A stretch of 64,000 nt of DNA, from NCBI GenBank assembly GCA_030704615.1, contig CM060732.1, positions 12,338,001 to 12,402,000 of the forward strand, in the 5' to 3' direction. Source of the DNA: Takakia lepidozioides. Its lineage: Eukaryota > Plantae > Bryophyta. Each line of letters begins with the position of its first letter. The stretch's first letter is position 1. Shown here one piece after another: positions 24,558 through 35,387 of the stretch. The position numbers and the translations under genes were made by a program. The notes beneath the pieces are model-generated. The model ran no database searches. It was not told where the DNA came from and was given only the letters and a program-made list of their open reading frames with translations.

Positions 24558-25850
24558 TCAGTCATAACACTGGGCATCTACATGCCCATACTTGCCACAA
24601 TGCCCACACTGCAACTGTGCAGGCTGTGCTTGTGCCGGCCTTCTGCCATTCTCTGGGCAATCTCTTTTGACATGGGGTCCTCCACATGTCCAACATATCA
24701 CCCCTGGTTGCTGTTGGCCTGCAAAAGATGCCACGGGCCTCTGCACCTGAGGTCCCCTGTGAGCTCCATGGAACTTGGGCTGGGCAACCTTGCCCCCCTG
24801 ACCACGCTGTTGGGCAGTCCCTTGTGCCTGTGGGCTGACAGCTGTGCCCCGTACAGGCATGTCCTTGCCAAATCCAATTGTAACAACTCGCTCCTCCACC
24901 ATGTTGAGCTCAATCCGCTCAGCCAGCAGAAACACATCTGCTAATGTGGGTTGGGCTGCTTGTAACAGGGTTGCATCTCGCACCCTTCTCTTGAGCTCCT
25001 TGTCCAGAATTCCATACCAAAACTGGATTGCCTGAGCTTCAGTAACCCCTTGGGTCACACTTATCAAGCACCTCATACGAGTGTACGCCTCTCGCAGGCT
25101 CTCACTGGGTTTGCGCTGGAAGTCTTGCAAACTTCGCAGCTTCTCTGTCCGTACACTTTGGTAGTTCCTCCGCAACTCCTGGAAGAACTCCACCACCGGG
25201 TTGAATCTAGGCACATGTGTTGTAGTCGTGGCATGAGGAGTAGTAGCACCTTTTGAACTGGTACCACCTACAGAAGTACCAGCACTACTTGCTCCACTAC
25301 TAGTGCTGGCAGTGGGAGCTATTGGTACTGATGCAGCTACTGGTCGCGTCGTGCCTCGAGTAATGGAGACGTAGTCAGGTGACCAATACATCCTCCACTC
25401 CTCAATCTCTGCTTCATGTCCTTGCCTGAACTCGTGGTAATCGTCCATAGGCGGGCCTTCCAAATGCTGGAACAGTCCCTTCCACGCCATGAATGGGGTG
25501 AATAGCTGTGGATTGCGCATCTGCTGCAAATCACACCAGCTGTCGAACTCCTGGATAAAGTCATCCAACTCGATTGTGCCCACAGCTCCAGAGTACCTAC
25601 GAGGCCCCTTGGTAGCTCCATACATCTCCTCCATGTCGTCCCACAACAATGGCGAATGAAAGTGCACACCTGTTGATGAAGCCTCCGAGTCTGTGTCTGA
25701 CTCTATAGTAGTTGAGGGTGGCGGTGAAGGTGGTCTGAACCGAATACCTTGTCTTGTGAACCCACTCTCACTGTTACTGCTTGTAGCCGTACTCCCCTCA
25801 ACACCCTTGGATAACTCCGTAATGACACTCACAATGTGCACCTCCTCCAA
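24558..25850 (-). CDS. gag with two Zn knuckles (premature stop caused by an 8-bp deletion)
   Basis: Retrotrans-gag-like QRKPSESLREAYTRM; CWTCGGPHVKRDC and CGHCGKYGHVDAQC; same frame as 22272..24410. Confidence 0.88.
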   Translation of the reverse strand: MEEVHIVSVITELSKGVEGSTATSSNSESGFTRQGIRFRPPSPPPSTTIESDTDSEASSTGVHFHSPLLWDDMEEMYGATKGPRRYSGAVGTIELDDFIQEFDSWCDLQQMRNPQLFTPFMAWKGLFQHLEGPPMDDYHEFRQGHEAEIEEWRMYWSPDYVSITRGTTRPVAASVPIAPTASTSSGASSAGTSVGGTSSKGATTPHATTTTHVPRFNPVVEFFQELRRNYQSVRTEKLRSLQDFQRKPSESLREAYTRMRCLISVTQGVTEAQAIQFWYGILDKELKRRVRDATLLQAAQPTLADVFLLAERIELNMVEERVVTIGFGKDMPVRGTAVSPQAQGTAQQRGQGGKVAQPKFHGAHRGPQVQRPVASFAGQQQPGVICWTCGGPHVKRDCPENGRRPAQAQPAQLQCGHCGKYGHVDAQCYD

Positions 25851-26370
25851 GTGACACTATAAGGCTCTAGTACTAATCTAATAGTGACACGGGTGGGCAC
25901 CTGTTGCAGTCTAAGGGTCATATCCCAATGGCTCAGGGCACCTGCACCTGCATCCACCGCAAGAACTCCTATGGTTGGCTGGTCATCAACCCAGCCTCAC
26001 CATAGAAGAAACACTGGTGGTCTTGCTGGTCATCACTCCAGCCTCACCACCGACAGCATACTCTAGGATTGACCGGTGATCAAATCCGGCCTAATCCCTA
26101 TGAAAGCAAGCGCCCACACAAAACCAACATGGCGCACAGTCAAGCATGCAGGTGTTGGGGGGGGATCCAAACACAAGAAATCAAAGCATCAACACCCCCA
26201 CACCAAAATCCAGCTGCAATGCGGATCCTGCAGAATAGCCCAGCCCAAAACCCCGGACTGACTGGCCTCCACCAAGAGAGGCTTTGGCAACTACAAGTAC
26301 AAGGTAATGAAAATAGTACAGAGATGGAGGGGAAGAATAGAAGCCCGACCCAGCAAGATCTAATCCTGAT

Positions 26371-27207
26371 CTATGCTATCAACTGCCAGACTTCTCTCAA
26401 AGTGCCTCGCTTTGCATGATGGTAAGGTGTAGGAGGTATATCTATGTCCAGAAACCTGCCACTAACCTTGTCCCAAGCTACAGTAGCTCGCTCTAACCAA
26501 CCCTCCTCCTCTTTTTGCCAAGTAGAGACAAAGCAACACTCTGCTATCCCCCGCTCACTGAACACTAAAGAAAACAAAGGTAGGGTCTGATAGTCTCTCA
26601 ACTCGAAAGCTTTGAGACGGTTGCGGGTGTCCTCATTGCGAATGACTGCATCTCCTTCACGCACAACAAACATGTCATTGCTGATGAACCCCGGCTCGTG
26701 GTTGCCCTGTGCAGAGCGTATCCGGCTGCAACCATGTCTGATTGCACAAACTTGTGTAGCTCCTGCTCCTCTGCTCCAGTACACCACGGCCTTGTGGCTG
26801 AACACCTTGGTCCCCGGGGCTGTCTTTGGCTGTGTTCCAAGCCTAGCTTTCACCCACCTTGGTATTTCACCTACAGCTGCAGAACTGCTGGCTCCAACAG
26901 AGTTCTGACTGTCCAAGGCGATATTGAGGCCCTCAATGCCAACTACAACAGTCTGTTGTCTACTGCTAATGCCTGACTCCCAGTATGCAATCAACTCGTC
27001 CAACTGTTCTCCACTCAAATCAGTCTGAGTTCCTTGGGAAACATAGATCCTGTCCCCTTGTGTGCACAAGCTAAGAGAAGAGACCTGCCCTTCAATTACG
27101 TCCTCATTTCCCCCAGCCATACAGGGAGTACATCCACAGGTTTGTCTCTCATATAGGCCAGCACAGGTTCTAGAAACAGGATTGTGGATATTTCGTGGCA
27201 CACTCAC
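26371..27207 (-). CDS. accessory ORF of unknown function upstream of gag
   Basis: 278-aa open frame, conserved in copy 1; no motif recognised; start codon uncertain. Confidence 0.55.
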   Translation of the reverse strand: MSVPRNIHNPVSRTCAGLYERQTCGCTPCMAGGNEDVIEGQVSSLSLCTQGDRIYVSQGTQTDLSGEQLDELIAYWESGISSRQQTVVVGIEGLNIALDSQNSVGASSSAAVGEIPRWVKARLGTQPKTAPGTKVFSHKAVVYWSRGAGATQVCAIRHGCSRIRSAQGNHEPGFISNDMFVVREGDAVIRNEDTRNRLKAFELRDYQTLPLFSLVFSERGIAECCFVSTWQKEEEGWLERATVAWDKVSGRFLDIDIPPTPYHHAKRGTLREVWQLIA

Positions 27208-29854
27208 ACTCTAAAAATTCCATAGATTTTTAGCAGAGTCCCCAAAACAGAAACCAGGTTTAGATAGGTAGATTTCCCCTTTCTGCAGCTATCCCCCCAA
27301 AAACTGGGTCAACCAGAGTCCATTTGACAAAGATATGATGAATTTGGCTCCAATCATTTAAATTAGATCAAAAGGGCCCCCTTTTTTTTTTAAAGGTTTT
27401 CAAATTAAAAAAAATTTAAAGTTACACCCAAAATATCTAGTAATTGGTTCCCGGTTCCCTAAGTTCTATATGGTTTCCTAGGTTCCCTGGCCACGTGCCC
27501 TATAAGGATTTCAGTTGTGTTTACAAATGCACCCCCCACAGCTCTTGGTTACCAGTGACCTGCTCTCCTCCAGTCGAGATCCGTAGCTATGCCGAGCCTT
27601 AATCCTTTGCACCAATATTCCCAACAAAAGCAGGAGCACTTACAATGCAACCCCGGAAAGCACCAGAGCTAACTAGCTTGATCAAGAACGCTTACAGCCC
27701 TTCAAGCGTGCTGATTTTTCAAGGTGGCAACAACAGATATGCTATCACTGATTGTGTAAGCCTTTACATGGAGTTGGCACAGGCTGCCCTCAAGTTTTGG
27801 ATTGTAAACATAGACCGAGCAGGTCGTGTAGTGAGCTGGGCCCCTTCAGCTCATATCCCGCTCATACACCAAGTGTCACCTGGTGAGTCCACAGTCTCCC
27901 ACTCTCATGCTCTCCAGCCGCTGGCTCTACTTGAACTCCCATTCACTGCTGCCCCATTCGCTGCTCCCATTCAGGTCATGAATTTGTGGAAGGACTCACC
28001 TCAGATTGGAGGTGAATACCAAACATCTTTCATCCATAGCCATTTTCTAGTGTCATGCTCTTACAAACACAATGGCTGCTTACTGTGTAGGACAGACAGT
28101 AGCAATCCCCTCGTCCTCCAGTAAACCGGATCTCATTGCATAAGGCACTGGTATCGTGAACAGAAAACGTAGTCAAGTAGCGGTGAATTCTTAGTTCATG
28201 CAGCTGATTTCCGAGCCCTTTTGTCGATCCACGATTTGGTCATGCCAGTAAGCCCCTACAACATTGGCTTCATATCTCGCAGGGGAAACAATTATGGATG
28301 CCAAACAGGCCATCCAGGGTGGGCACTCAGTCCATCGCAAGTTTTGGTCCAATACCTGATCAAAGGGTTGCACATGAGCAGCTTGCATGCTCGTCAATCT
28401 CCAAAACCATGCAGCAGAGATGCCCGTCAGCTCCTACCAGCTCCTGGTTCTGCTCAGCCCTTCCCAGCCGCTGCCTCTATTTCGCTAGCCCTTGGTTCGG
28501 TGTGGGAGATTGGAACCACCGAATGGAGCTGCAGAGAACCAGGAAGCAAGTGGAAGGAGCAGGGCTGCCCACAGCCTCTTCTTCATCAGTCGACTCAGCA
28601 TCAGGAGGAGCTGGAATGGCTTCATCACCAGCCCTCTTACATCTGGGGATCCAGTCCAAAGGTAAGGGAAACCAGCCGCACTTGCGCATGAAAAGCCTGG
28701 TAATCAGGCCTAAATTTCAGATGCCAGGCTGCATAGCCCTCAATGTGCAGGTCCAGAAGCATCAAAACACCCTGGATTCATTCAATTCCAGCCACATTTC
28801 CAGTGTGAAGACATAGCCGCCAATGCACATGGCAATTAGGCCTGGAATCAGGCTGCAAAATCTTCGTAAGGCCTCACCATAGGCATGAAATGCTTCAGAT
28901 TCCTGCAGTAAAAGCACTTAGCAGCCCCCATTCACACCAGCACTGCTTCCACAAGCAGAGGCCGAAGCAGCAATTCGCAAGCTGATGGGCACCGACAGCG
29001 TTGAAAGCCTGCGTCACACTTCTCCCCTGCTACTCCTCTGCTCTATTCTCCTCTAGATCTAAGTCTGCTTCAACGTCGTCTTCAGCAATACAATGATCTT
29101 GAGACCGCCGCTGCTCCGAGGAGTGAGATTTGGACGAAACCTGCTTGGCCCTCCCTAAGTCCCTCTGCTTTGGTGCAGGGGCTGCCCTGGGTTGAGCAAC
29201 AGCCTTTGTATTCCGAGTCTGCTTTGCGGCACGCCCACTCCCAGTACCCTTACCTCAACTCCCAACCCTAGTCACAACAACCACTGCCTCTTCGCAGCGC
29301 GCGTTCTGACATGATCTCGCATTGGAGCAACCTCCTCTGTTGCACCAACTGTGCGCCACCGGGAAGTGGCTCATCTGGTGGGAGCGGCCTCAGGGTATGC
29401 AGCAGCTACTGCTGGCACCTGTGGTGGAGAGCGGGGTTGGCGCACTCCACTACGCAGCTCTGGCATCCTTCACCCATGCACTCCACCAGCCTGCGTACTG
29501 CCTCACGATGTGCGCTCATATCTTTGCTATCAAATCCTTCACCTTTTTCTCCCCTTCTGAATGTAACCTAATATCACTTCTCCATTTGTGACCTACCCCG
29601 TCGCAATCAAATATCTTAACATATCTCTGATTGAGTTCAGTAAGTTTGCATCTCTGCCGTTTGTGACAGAGAGTCGTCAGACCATAATGACCTCACTTCA
29701 GATCCGCTGTCTCTGAGCCATGCCATGGGTTCTCAAATGTATGGAAGGCGAATTGAGAGATTGGTCTCTCTCTCATTTTCAAAACAAAAACCACAAGTGC
29801 TAACCCTCAACTCCTACCTTGCACTCACAGGTAAGAGGTCATCTCTCTCGAGTG

Positions 29855-30203
29855 ATAGAAAGCTAGGAACACACTGTTCACACAAGAAACATGAAATCCA
29901 TCGCTATCACTCTTTATAATAGTAGTCGAGCCAGGGGCACCCCAAGCTATGGGGACTCCACCCCACAACAACCTACACTCCCATCATGAGTACACTCAGA
30001 TCTAAACGCATGCAGGAGCTCGGTCGCGCAGGCTCAACTCGAGAGAGATGAGCTGCGCGACTGCCGCTCTCGTGAAGATAAGACGGACCAGGTGTCAAAC
30101 TAAACTTGACACCTGATTTAACACTTGACCTAAATCCAAGTGTTAAATACAAATAACTAGTTTTATGCTAGCTGTTTTCACACTGTGCTTATTTAACTTG
30201 ACA
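29855..30203 (-). repeat. 5' terminal B repeat (349 bp) of copy 2
   Basis: Direct repeat of 17851-18200; begins TGTCAAG on the minus strand. Confidence 0.95.
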
Positions 30204-30207
30204 AGGC

Positions 30208-33200
30208 GTTCAAATTTAACCCTCACCTCAATGGGTTGAATGTCAATATATTTCCCTGGTCTTCCAAAATAGGCAATAGGAATGGTAAATTATGGGGCCC
30301 AATGACTCTTTCAGTTGTACTAGACCAATACCCAGTCAACTTGCCAGACATTGCAAATCACTTTGGATTTTATCTTGGGGTGTTTGGCGATTTTTGACCC
30401 CCACATGTGAACAGACACACTTAGACAAGATCCAGCATGGAAATGATCCGTCACTGTAGCCTCTCGGCTCAATGAAACAGGTTGTGCACAAATAGTGATT
30501 ATGATGCCAAAGGAACCACAAGTACCAGAATTCGTTAAGCATTGATAACTATAATTACACTATCCGACTAATTGAAGATACATCTTCTTTAACATGTTTC
30601 AATTGTAGCACGCTGGGCCACATCAAGGCTAAATGCGTCAAGGGGAAGAGGAAAAGGTCAGGATCCAGGAATGCCAAGATGACTCCCCCACTAATCAACA
30701 TCAATTCACCTATGGACTCTGCTCAACCTAATCTCTTGTTCAATTCCATCTCTACCAAATATATATGTCAACATCTAATGAGCTGTTACAGTCCAGCCCC
30801 ATATTGAGAGTTGCTAAAAAAATAAGAATCTCTGCCATGCGAGATCCACTGAATGTCCTACAAAGGGCAGCGGTAGCGAGAGAAGGCCCTGCTCTTATAT
30901 ACTGGAGCGTCCGCAAGATTCCGAAAAAGGTGGCACATGATAAGCCAAATGAAATTACACCCTAAGTAAAATATCCGGCCAATCATTTATGGCTAAACTG
31001 GGTAGCCGAAATGACTTAAATATTAGTGATGAAGGTGCAGTTAAGTTCACGGGAGCTCTATCCTACGGGTAAATCGCACGTAACGATCGGGTGATGTGGC
31101 ACCCCACGTATCTTACGTGGCATGCTTCGTGAACCCTTTCATATTTTAACCTGTATTTGTCCGCCACGTGGGGTAAAGTGGTCTTTCGTCCAGCTACGTG
31201 ACATGGACAAGTCAATTGATTTATTCTGGATTCGACATAGAAAATTAATTATTTCGAGTAAAAGAATATTGAATTGGTTTACTTTACTTTTGTCTTTTAG
31301 AAAAGATTCTTTTCTTAAACGGAGGCCATGGACGCACTTTTTTTGTGATTATTTTGGGGAAAAAAATTTAATGGGTCTGGGAGAGGAGCTAGTAGGTGTT
31401 GCTGGATGAGGGACTTCAACATCGTTGACTCCTCATACGACCCGCAGGGGCTCTGGACTATTCACCCCTTGCACGGAAGAGGTTAACCAATGGCTATCTT
31501 TTAACCCAAAACCACAACCCAGTTGAAGCTGTCAATTCCTCTCAAATCCCACAATCTCCCTCTCACCTTTTCTTCACATGGACAAACAACAGAGATCTGG
31601 AAAGCCTACAAATGGGTCGGCTAGACAAAGTCTACACATCCCTCAACCTCATTCAGTGGATTACCAAGGACCCTCAGGAACCCATCGCCCAAGGATTTGA
31701 TCATGCTTTGGTTTTAGTCTCCTTCTCTATCCCACACCTTCAAACGAATGGCCAGGGTCTCTATAAACTCAACACCTCCCTCTTGAAGCTTCCTTCCTTC
31801 AAATTATGACTAGTCGGTCTGGGCCCAAGTCATGATCCCCGAGCAAGACCCTACAGAGAGATTTCTTTCCACGCTCAAGGTAGTTAATATATAGAAAGCC
31901 AAAAAATGAGCAAAGACCTTGCTTTAGCCAGGAAGAGAAAGATCAAAGCACTCACCAAATGCACCTGATTCGAGCTTGAAGTGAATTGGCGACACACACG
32001 TGAAGAACTTGAAATCCTCAAGGCTCCACTTTCTATGATTATTGTCCTTTGTTCTAGGTTAATATGGCCCATTTCTGGTTCCAATCATATGAAGCTTAAC
32101 TAGACCTTTTAAGGCGATTCAGGGAGTTCATATCTAGGTTGACCTGCTCTCCCTCTTCATTGAGGGGGAGGTTAGTTCTTTCCGGGTGTGTTGACATTGT
32201 TGTTCTTTTCTCTCTCCTTCTACCTAAAGAGGTTTATTCGTTATTTCACTTAGTGTATATATAACTGGGGTTTTAATTTTTTTCCCCAAAATAATCCCAA
32301 AAAAAGTGCGTCCAGGGCCTCCGTCTACCTTAAAAAAGAGTGGAGCTTATCGCTGGTAGGGCAGGTAAAATGGACTCAGATTTGGAAGGAAATCTGGCGC
32401 AAAGATAGAGCTTCCAAGCTCTCTGCCTTTCTATGGAAAATTGCGCATCGTATCCTCCCAGTCAAGGTGTTTATGGGAACTGATAATGTGGATTGTGACA
32501 TGTGCTCAGGAAATCGGGAAACCCTGGAACACTGCCTGGTGGCTTGTCCTTTGGCAAAGAGAGCCTGGTCCCTGGTCATCCGTTTCTATTCGAACTGGGA
32601 ATCTCTTCCTTCTCCTACCCCTCCCCCCCTCTTTCTTCTTAATTATAGGCAGGGAGGGAGTATGCTTAAATGCCCGGTGTGGGGTTGTTTGCGTGCTCAT
32701 TCTTTGTGGGCAATCTAGAAGGCCAGATGTGCCTGGATTTTTCAAGGAAAATCCCCCAGTCTCAGGTCCATTCTGTTTAATGTTTATATACATCTGAGAA
32801 CTGAGGGGAGGAAAGCCTGGCTGGCTTTGTGTGCAGCTCTTCCCCGAGCTTCAGAACGGCGCAGGGCGAAGCTTCTCAAGAGGTTTGATATCTCCTGGTG
32901 CAAGAATGACCTCCTCGGCACCAGACTGTCCGACACAACAATGCGCTGGAAAGACACCTCCCCCCCCCCCAATGGGAAATCTCCGGTTGACGGGGAAGAG
33001 TCTAACTTCAACTGGAGGCACAAGCGCGCTAGGGATTCTAAATCCAGGGCTCACCTTAAGTTTTAGTGTTCATCTTTAGCGCATTGGGCATGCCATTGGG
33101 TTCTGTCGTTTCTAGACTCTGTTGTTTTCAGGCACAACTGTTATCTGGCTCTGCAGTTATGGAGGTAGGAAGATTAGCTTCAGCTTTTAGGCTCGGCTGC

Positions 33201-33489
33201 TCTCTGTCTTAGCAGTTCTGGTTGTTGGTTGGCCTCTTTGCTATCTGCTTTCAGCTTCTGCCCTAGCTTTTGTTTGCAGGCTCGCAGCTCATCTGCTTTC
33301 TCTGGGCTCTGCGATACATTTGGCTCTTTCATGAATTCACTCTCTTTCCTTCTTGTGGTCTCTTGGAATTATGGTTAGGGGGGTACCCCCCACTAAGCCT
33401 TCACGGCCCAGGGTGGTACCTTCATCCATCCTTTAATAAATTTCCATGGGCCTTTGTCCCTGTTCTTCAATATATATATATATATATAT
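30208..33489 (+). mobile_element. remainder of the degenerate, rearranged L1-type LINE (ORF1 Zn knuckle, APE endonuclease, zf-RVT, 3' tail); RT core absent
   Basis: CFNCSTLGHIKAKC at about 30595; GDFNIV, FTWTNN, RLDKVY and DHALV at about 31410-31720; FLWKIAHRILP..CDMC..ETLEHCLVAC at about 32430-32550; AATAAA at about 33435, then (TA)n. Confidence 0.8.
30862..31307 (-). repeat. inverted copy of the F-box gene proximal promoter (partner 33490-33924)
   Basis: Reverse-complement match over about 440 bp including TATATAA, ATTGG and CACGTG. Confidence 0.9.
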
Positions 33490-33924
33490 ATCTTTTCTAA
33501 AAGACAAAAGTAAAAGTAAACCTTTTACTTGAAATAATTAATTTATTATATCGAATCGAGAATAAATCAATTGACTTGTCCATGTCACGTAGCTGGACAA
33601 AAGACCACTTCACTCCACGTGGCGGACAAATACAAGTTAAGAGGATGAAAGGGTTCCCTAAGCATGCCACGCAAGATAAGTGGGAGTGCCACATCACCCG
33701 ATCGTTACGTGCGATGTACCCGCAGGATAGCTCCCGTGAACTTAACTGTACCCTCATCACTAATATTTAAGTCATTTCGGCTACCCAGTTTAGCCATAAA
33801 TGATTGGCCGGATATTTTACTTAGGGTGTAATTTCATTTGGCTTATCGTGCGCCACCTTTTTCGGAATCTTGCGGACGCTCCAGTATATAAGAGCGGGGC
33901 CTTCCCTCGCTGCCGCTGCCCTTT
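33490..33924 (+). promoter_or_regulatory. putative F-box gene promoter (G-box CACGTG about 33616, reverse CCAAT about 33803, TATATAA 33885)
   Basis: Motif order and spacing, followed by a pyrimidine-rich leader; TATA lies about 165 bp before the ATG. Confidence 0.6.
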
Positions 33925-34049
33925 TCGCTCTGCCTTCCTGTCTGGCCGCTCTCTCTGTGCTCGCTCTCGGACATCGCTAGTAACCTGCGTGTAAACACCC
34001 TGATAGGCCGTTCATGCAGAGAGAGCTTGTGTGTGGAGGTGCGTAAGTT

Positions 34050-35387
34050 ATGGCAGCAGATTATTCCTTGGTCTCGTGGTTTAAAGCCTATTCTGCAGCA
34101 ATGAGACTGCAATCGCATGCGCATGAGACGCCTGGGCATGAGACCGGTAGGGAGGATCGACGCTTTCCAGGACCCTCCACTACTCGGCCTGCTGCTGTAT
34201 CGGATGATGGTGTGCATCTTGACGAGGACCAGTGCAGTGGGCTCCCACTTGAGCTAGAGAATCGAGTGTTGGCACATTTACCGTACTCAAGTCTCTTCCG
34301 CTTCCGGTCGGTTTGCAAGAGGTGGAATGCCCTACTGTCTACTCCCAGTTTTCTGGATATGTGTAAGGAAGTCCCTCTGGAGATGGCCAAGCAATACTTT
34401 TGTATCGTGGAGGCTTGTCAGACAGACGTCATGGTGATCTATGATTCGAGAAAGGGTGCGTGGTTCAACATGGATCTCCAATTCATCAAGGAAAATTTGA
34501 TTGATTCTTCGGTCCACCACATTCGTGGTGGAGATGGAGGCTTACTTTGCATTGTGTCTGAAAATGTAGATTCATACACCTACACTGTGTGCAACCCAGT
34601 GTCGAAGTGCATGAGACGGCTGCCTGTCCTTCCCCTTTTGGGACAGCATCGTTTACAAAACTTGGTGGTGGACAAATCCACCAAGAACTACAAGGTTATT
34701 GTCGTAGGTGATACATCCATTGCATCTTCGAATCAGACACAGGTTTATGACTCAGTCACCCACGCTTGGAAAGAAGCTGGAAACATGCATGTGGATTCAG
34801 CAGCCTGGACAACAAGTGCCATTCGTGGAAATGTTATGTATGTCTTAGCTTACCAACCTCAGATCAGAGGGTCACTGTGCATATTGCTAGCTTTTAATAT
34901 ACAGAGTGATCTCTGGAGTGAAGTGGCAAGTGGCATCTGGGGTCAGGTTGGTACTACAGGAATGCCATTATGTCCTCTGCCAATGTGGCTTGTAAAGAGT
35001 GGAGGCCGATACCTTTTGGAGAGCCGCGGACGGCTACTGCTGGTTGGAACTGTTGGAGATGGACACTCCGAGGTGTCAAAGGCAATGTGTGTGTGGGAGT
35101 TCAAGCTGTCTACTCTACAATGGGAAGAGTTTGCAAGAATGCCGGACAAGGTGCTCCATGATTTCTTTTCAACTGTTGTGGGTGCAGACTGGCCGTGGCC
35201 ATCGTGGTATGCGGCAGGGTATGGTGATTGCATATTGTTGCAGCGAGGGACATCAAGAACTGTTCTGTACAACTTGGTGGACGGATCGTGGAAGTGGCTT
35301 CCTCTCATTCGAAACAAGACCTTTGATTGGAATTCTCCACTGATTCATGGCTTTGTTGGCAATCTTACTTTGGGCACGCCAGTTTAG
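34050..35387 (+). CDS. F-box protein with kelch/beta-propeller-like C-terminus, intronless
   Basis: LPLELENRVLAHLPYSSLFRFRSVCKRWNALL; GLLC, VCNPVSK, YKVIV, YDSVTHAW, LLESRGRLLLV, WEEFARMP. Confidence 0.92.
   Translation: MAADYSLVSWFKAYSAAMRLQSHAHETPGHETGREDRRFPGPSTTRPAAVSDDGVHLDEDQCSGLPLELENRVLAHLPYSSLFRFRSVCKRWNALLSTPSFLDMCKEVPLEMAKQYFCIVEACQTDVMVIYDSRKGAWFNMDLQFIKENLIDSSVHHIRGGDGGLLCIVSENVDSYTYTVCNPVSKCMRRLPVLPLLGQHRLQNLVVDKSTKNYKVIVVGDTSIASSNQTQVYDSVTHAWKEAGNMHVDSAAWTTSAIRGNVMYVLAYQPQIRGSLCILLAFNIQSDLWSEVASGIWGQVGTTGMPLCPLPMWLVKSGGRYLLESRGRLLLVGTVGDGHSEVSKAMCVWEFKLSTLQWEEFARMPDKVLHDFFSTVVGADWPWPSWYAAGYGDCILLQRGTSRTVLYNLVDGSWKWLPLIRNKTFDWNSPLIHGFVGNLTLGTPV

Larger units (their letters stand above)
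17766..30203 (-). mobile_element. Gypsy-DNMT retrotransposon copy 2, near full length (12.4 kb), with split direct repeats
   Basis: TGTC...GACA termini; 4-bp TSD AGGC (17762-17765 and 30204-30207); all gag-pol domains present; terminal repeats differ by a single 1-bp indel. Confidence 0.95.

Noticed and set aside
29911-29920. TATAAA on the minus strand as the element promoter
   Set aside because: Not conserved at the equivalent position in copy 1, so it is not called.
17766-30203. DIRS/Ngaro classification
   Set aside because: RT, RNase H and HHCC-DDE integrase are gypsy-type, a TSD is present, and no tyrosine recombinase motifs were recognised.
30862-33924. Pack-MULE with long TIRs
   Set aside because: No 8-11 bp TSD, and L1 domains continue in order across the left repeat.
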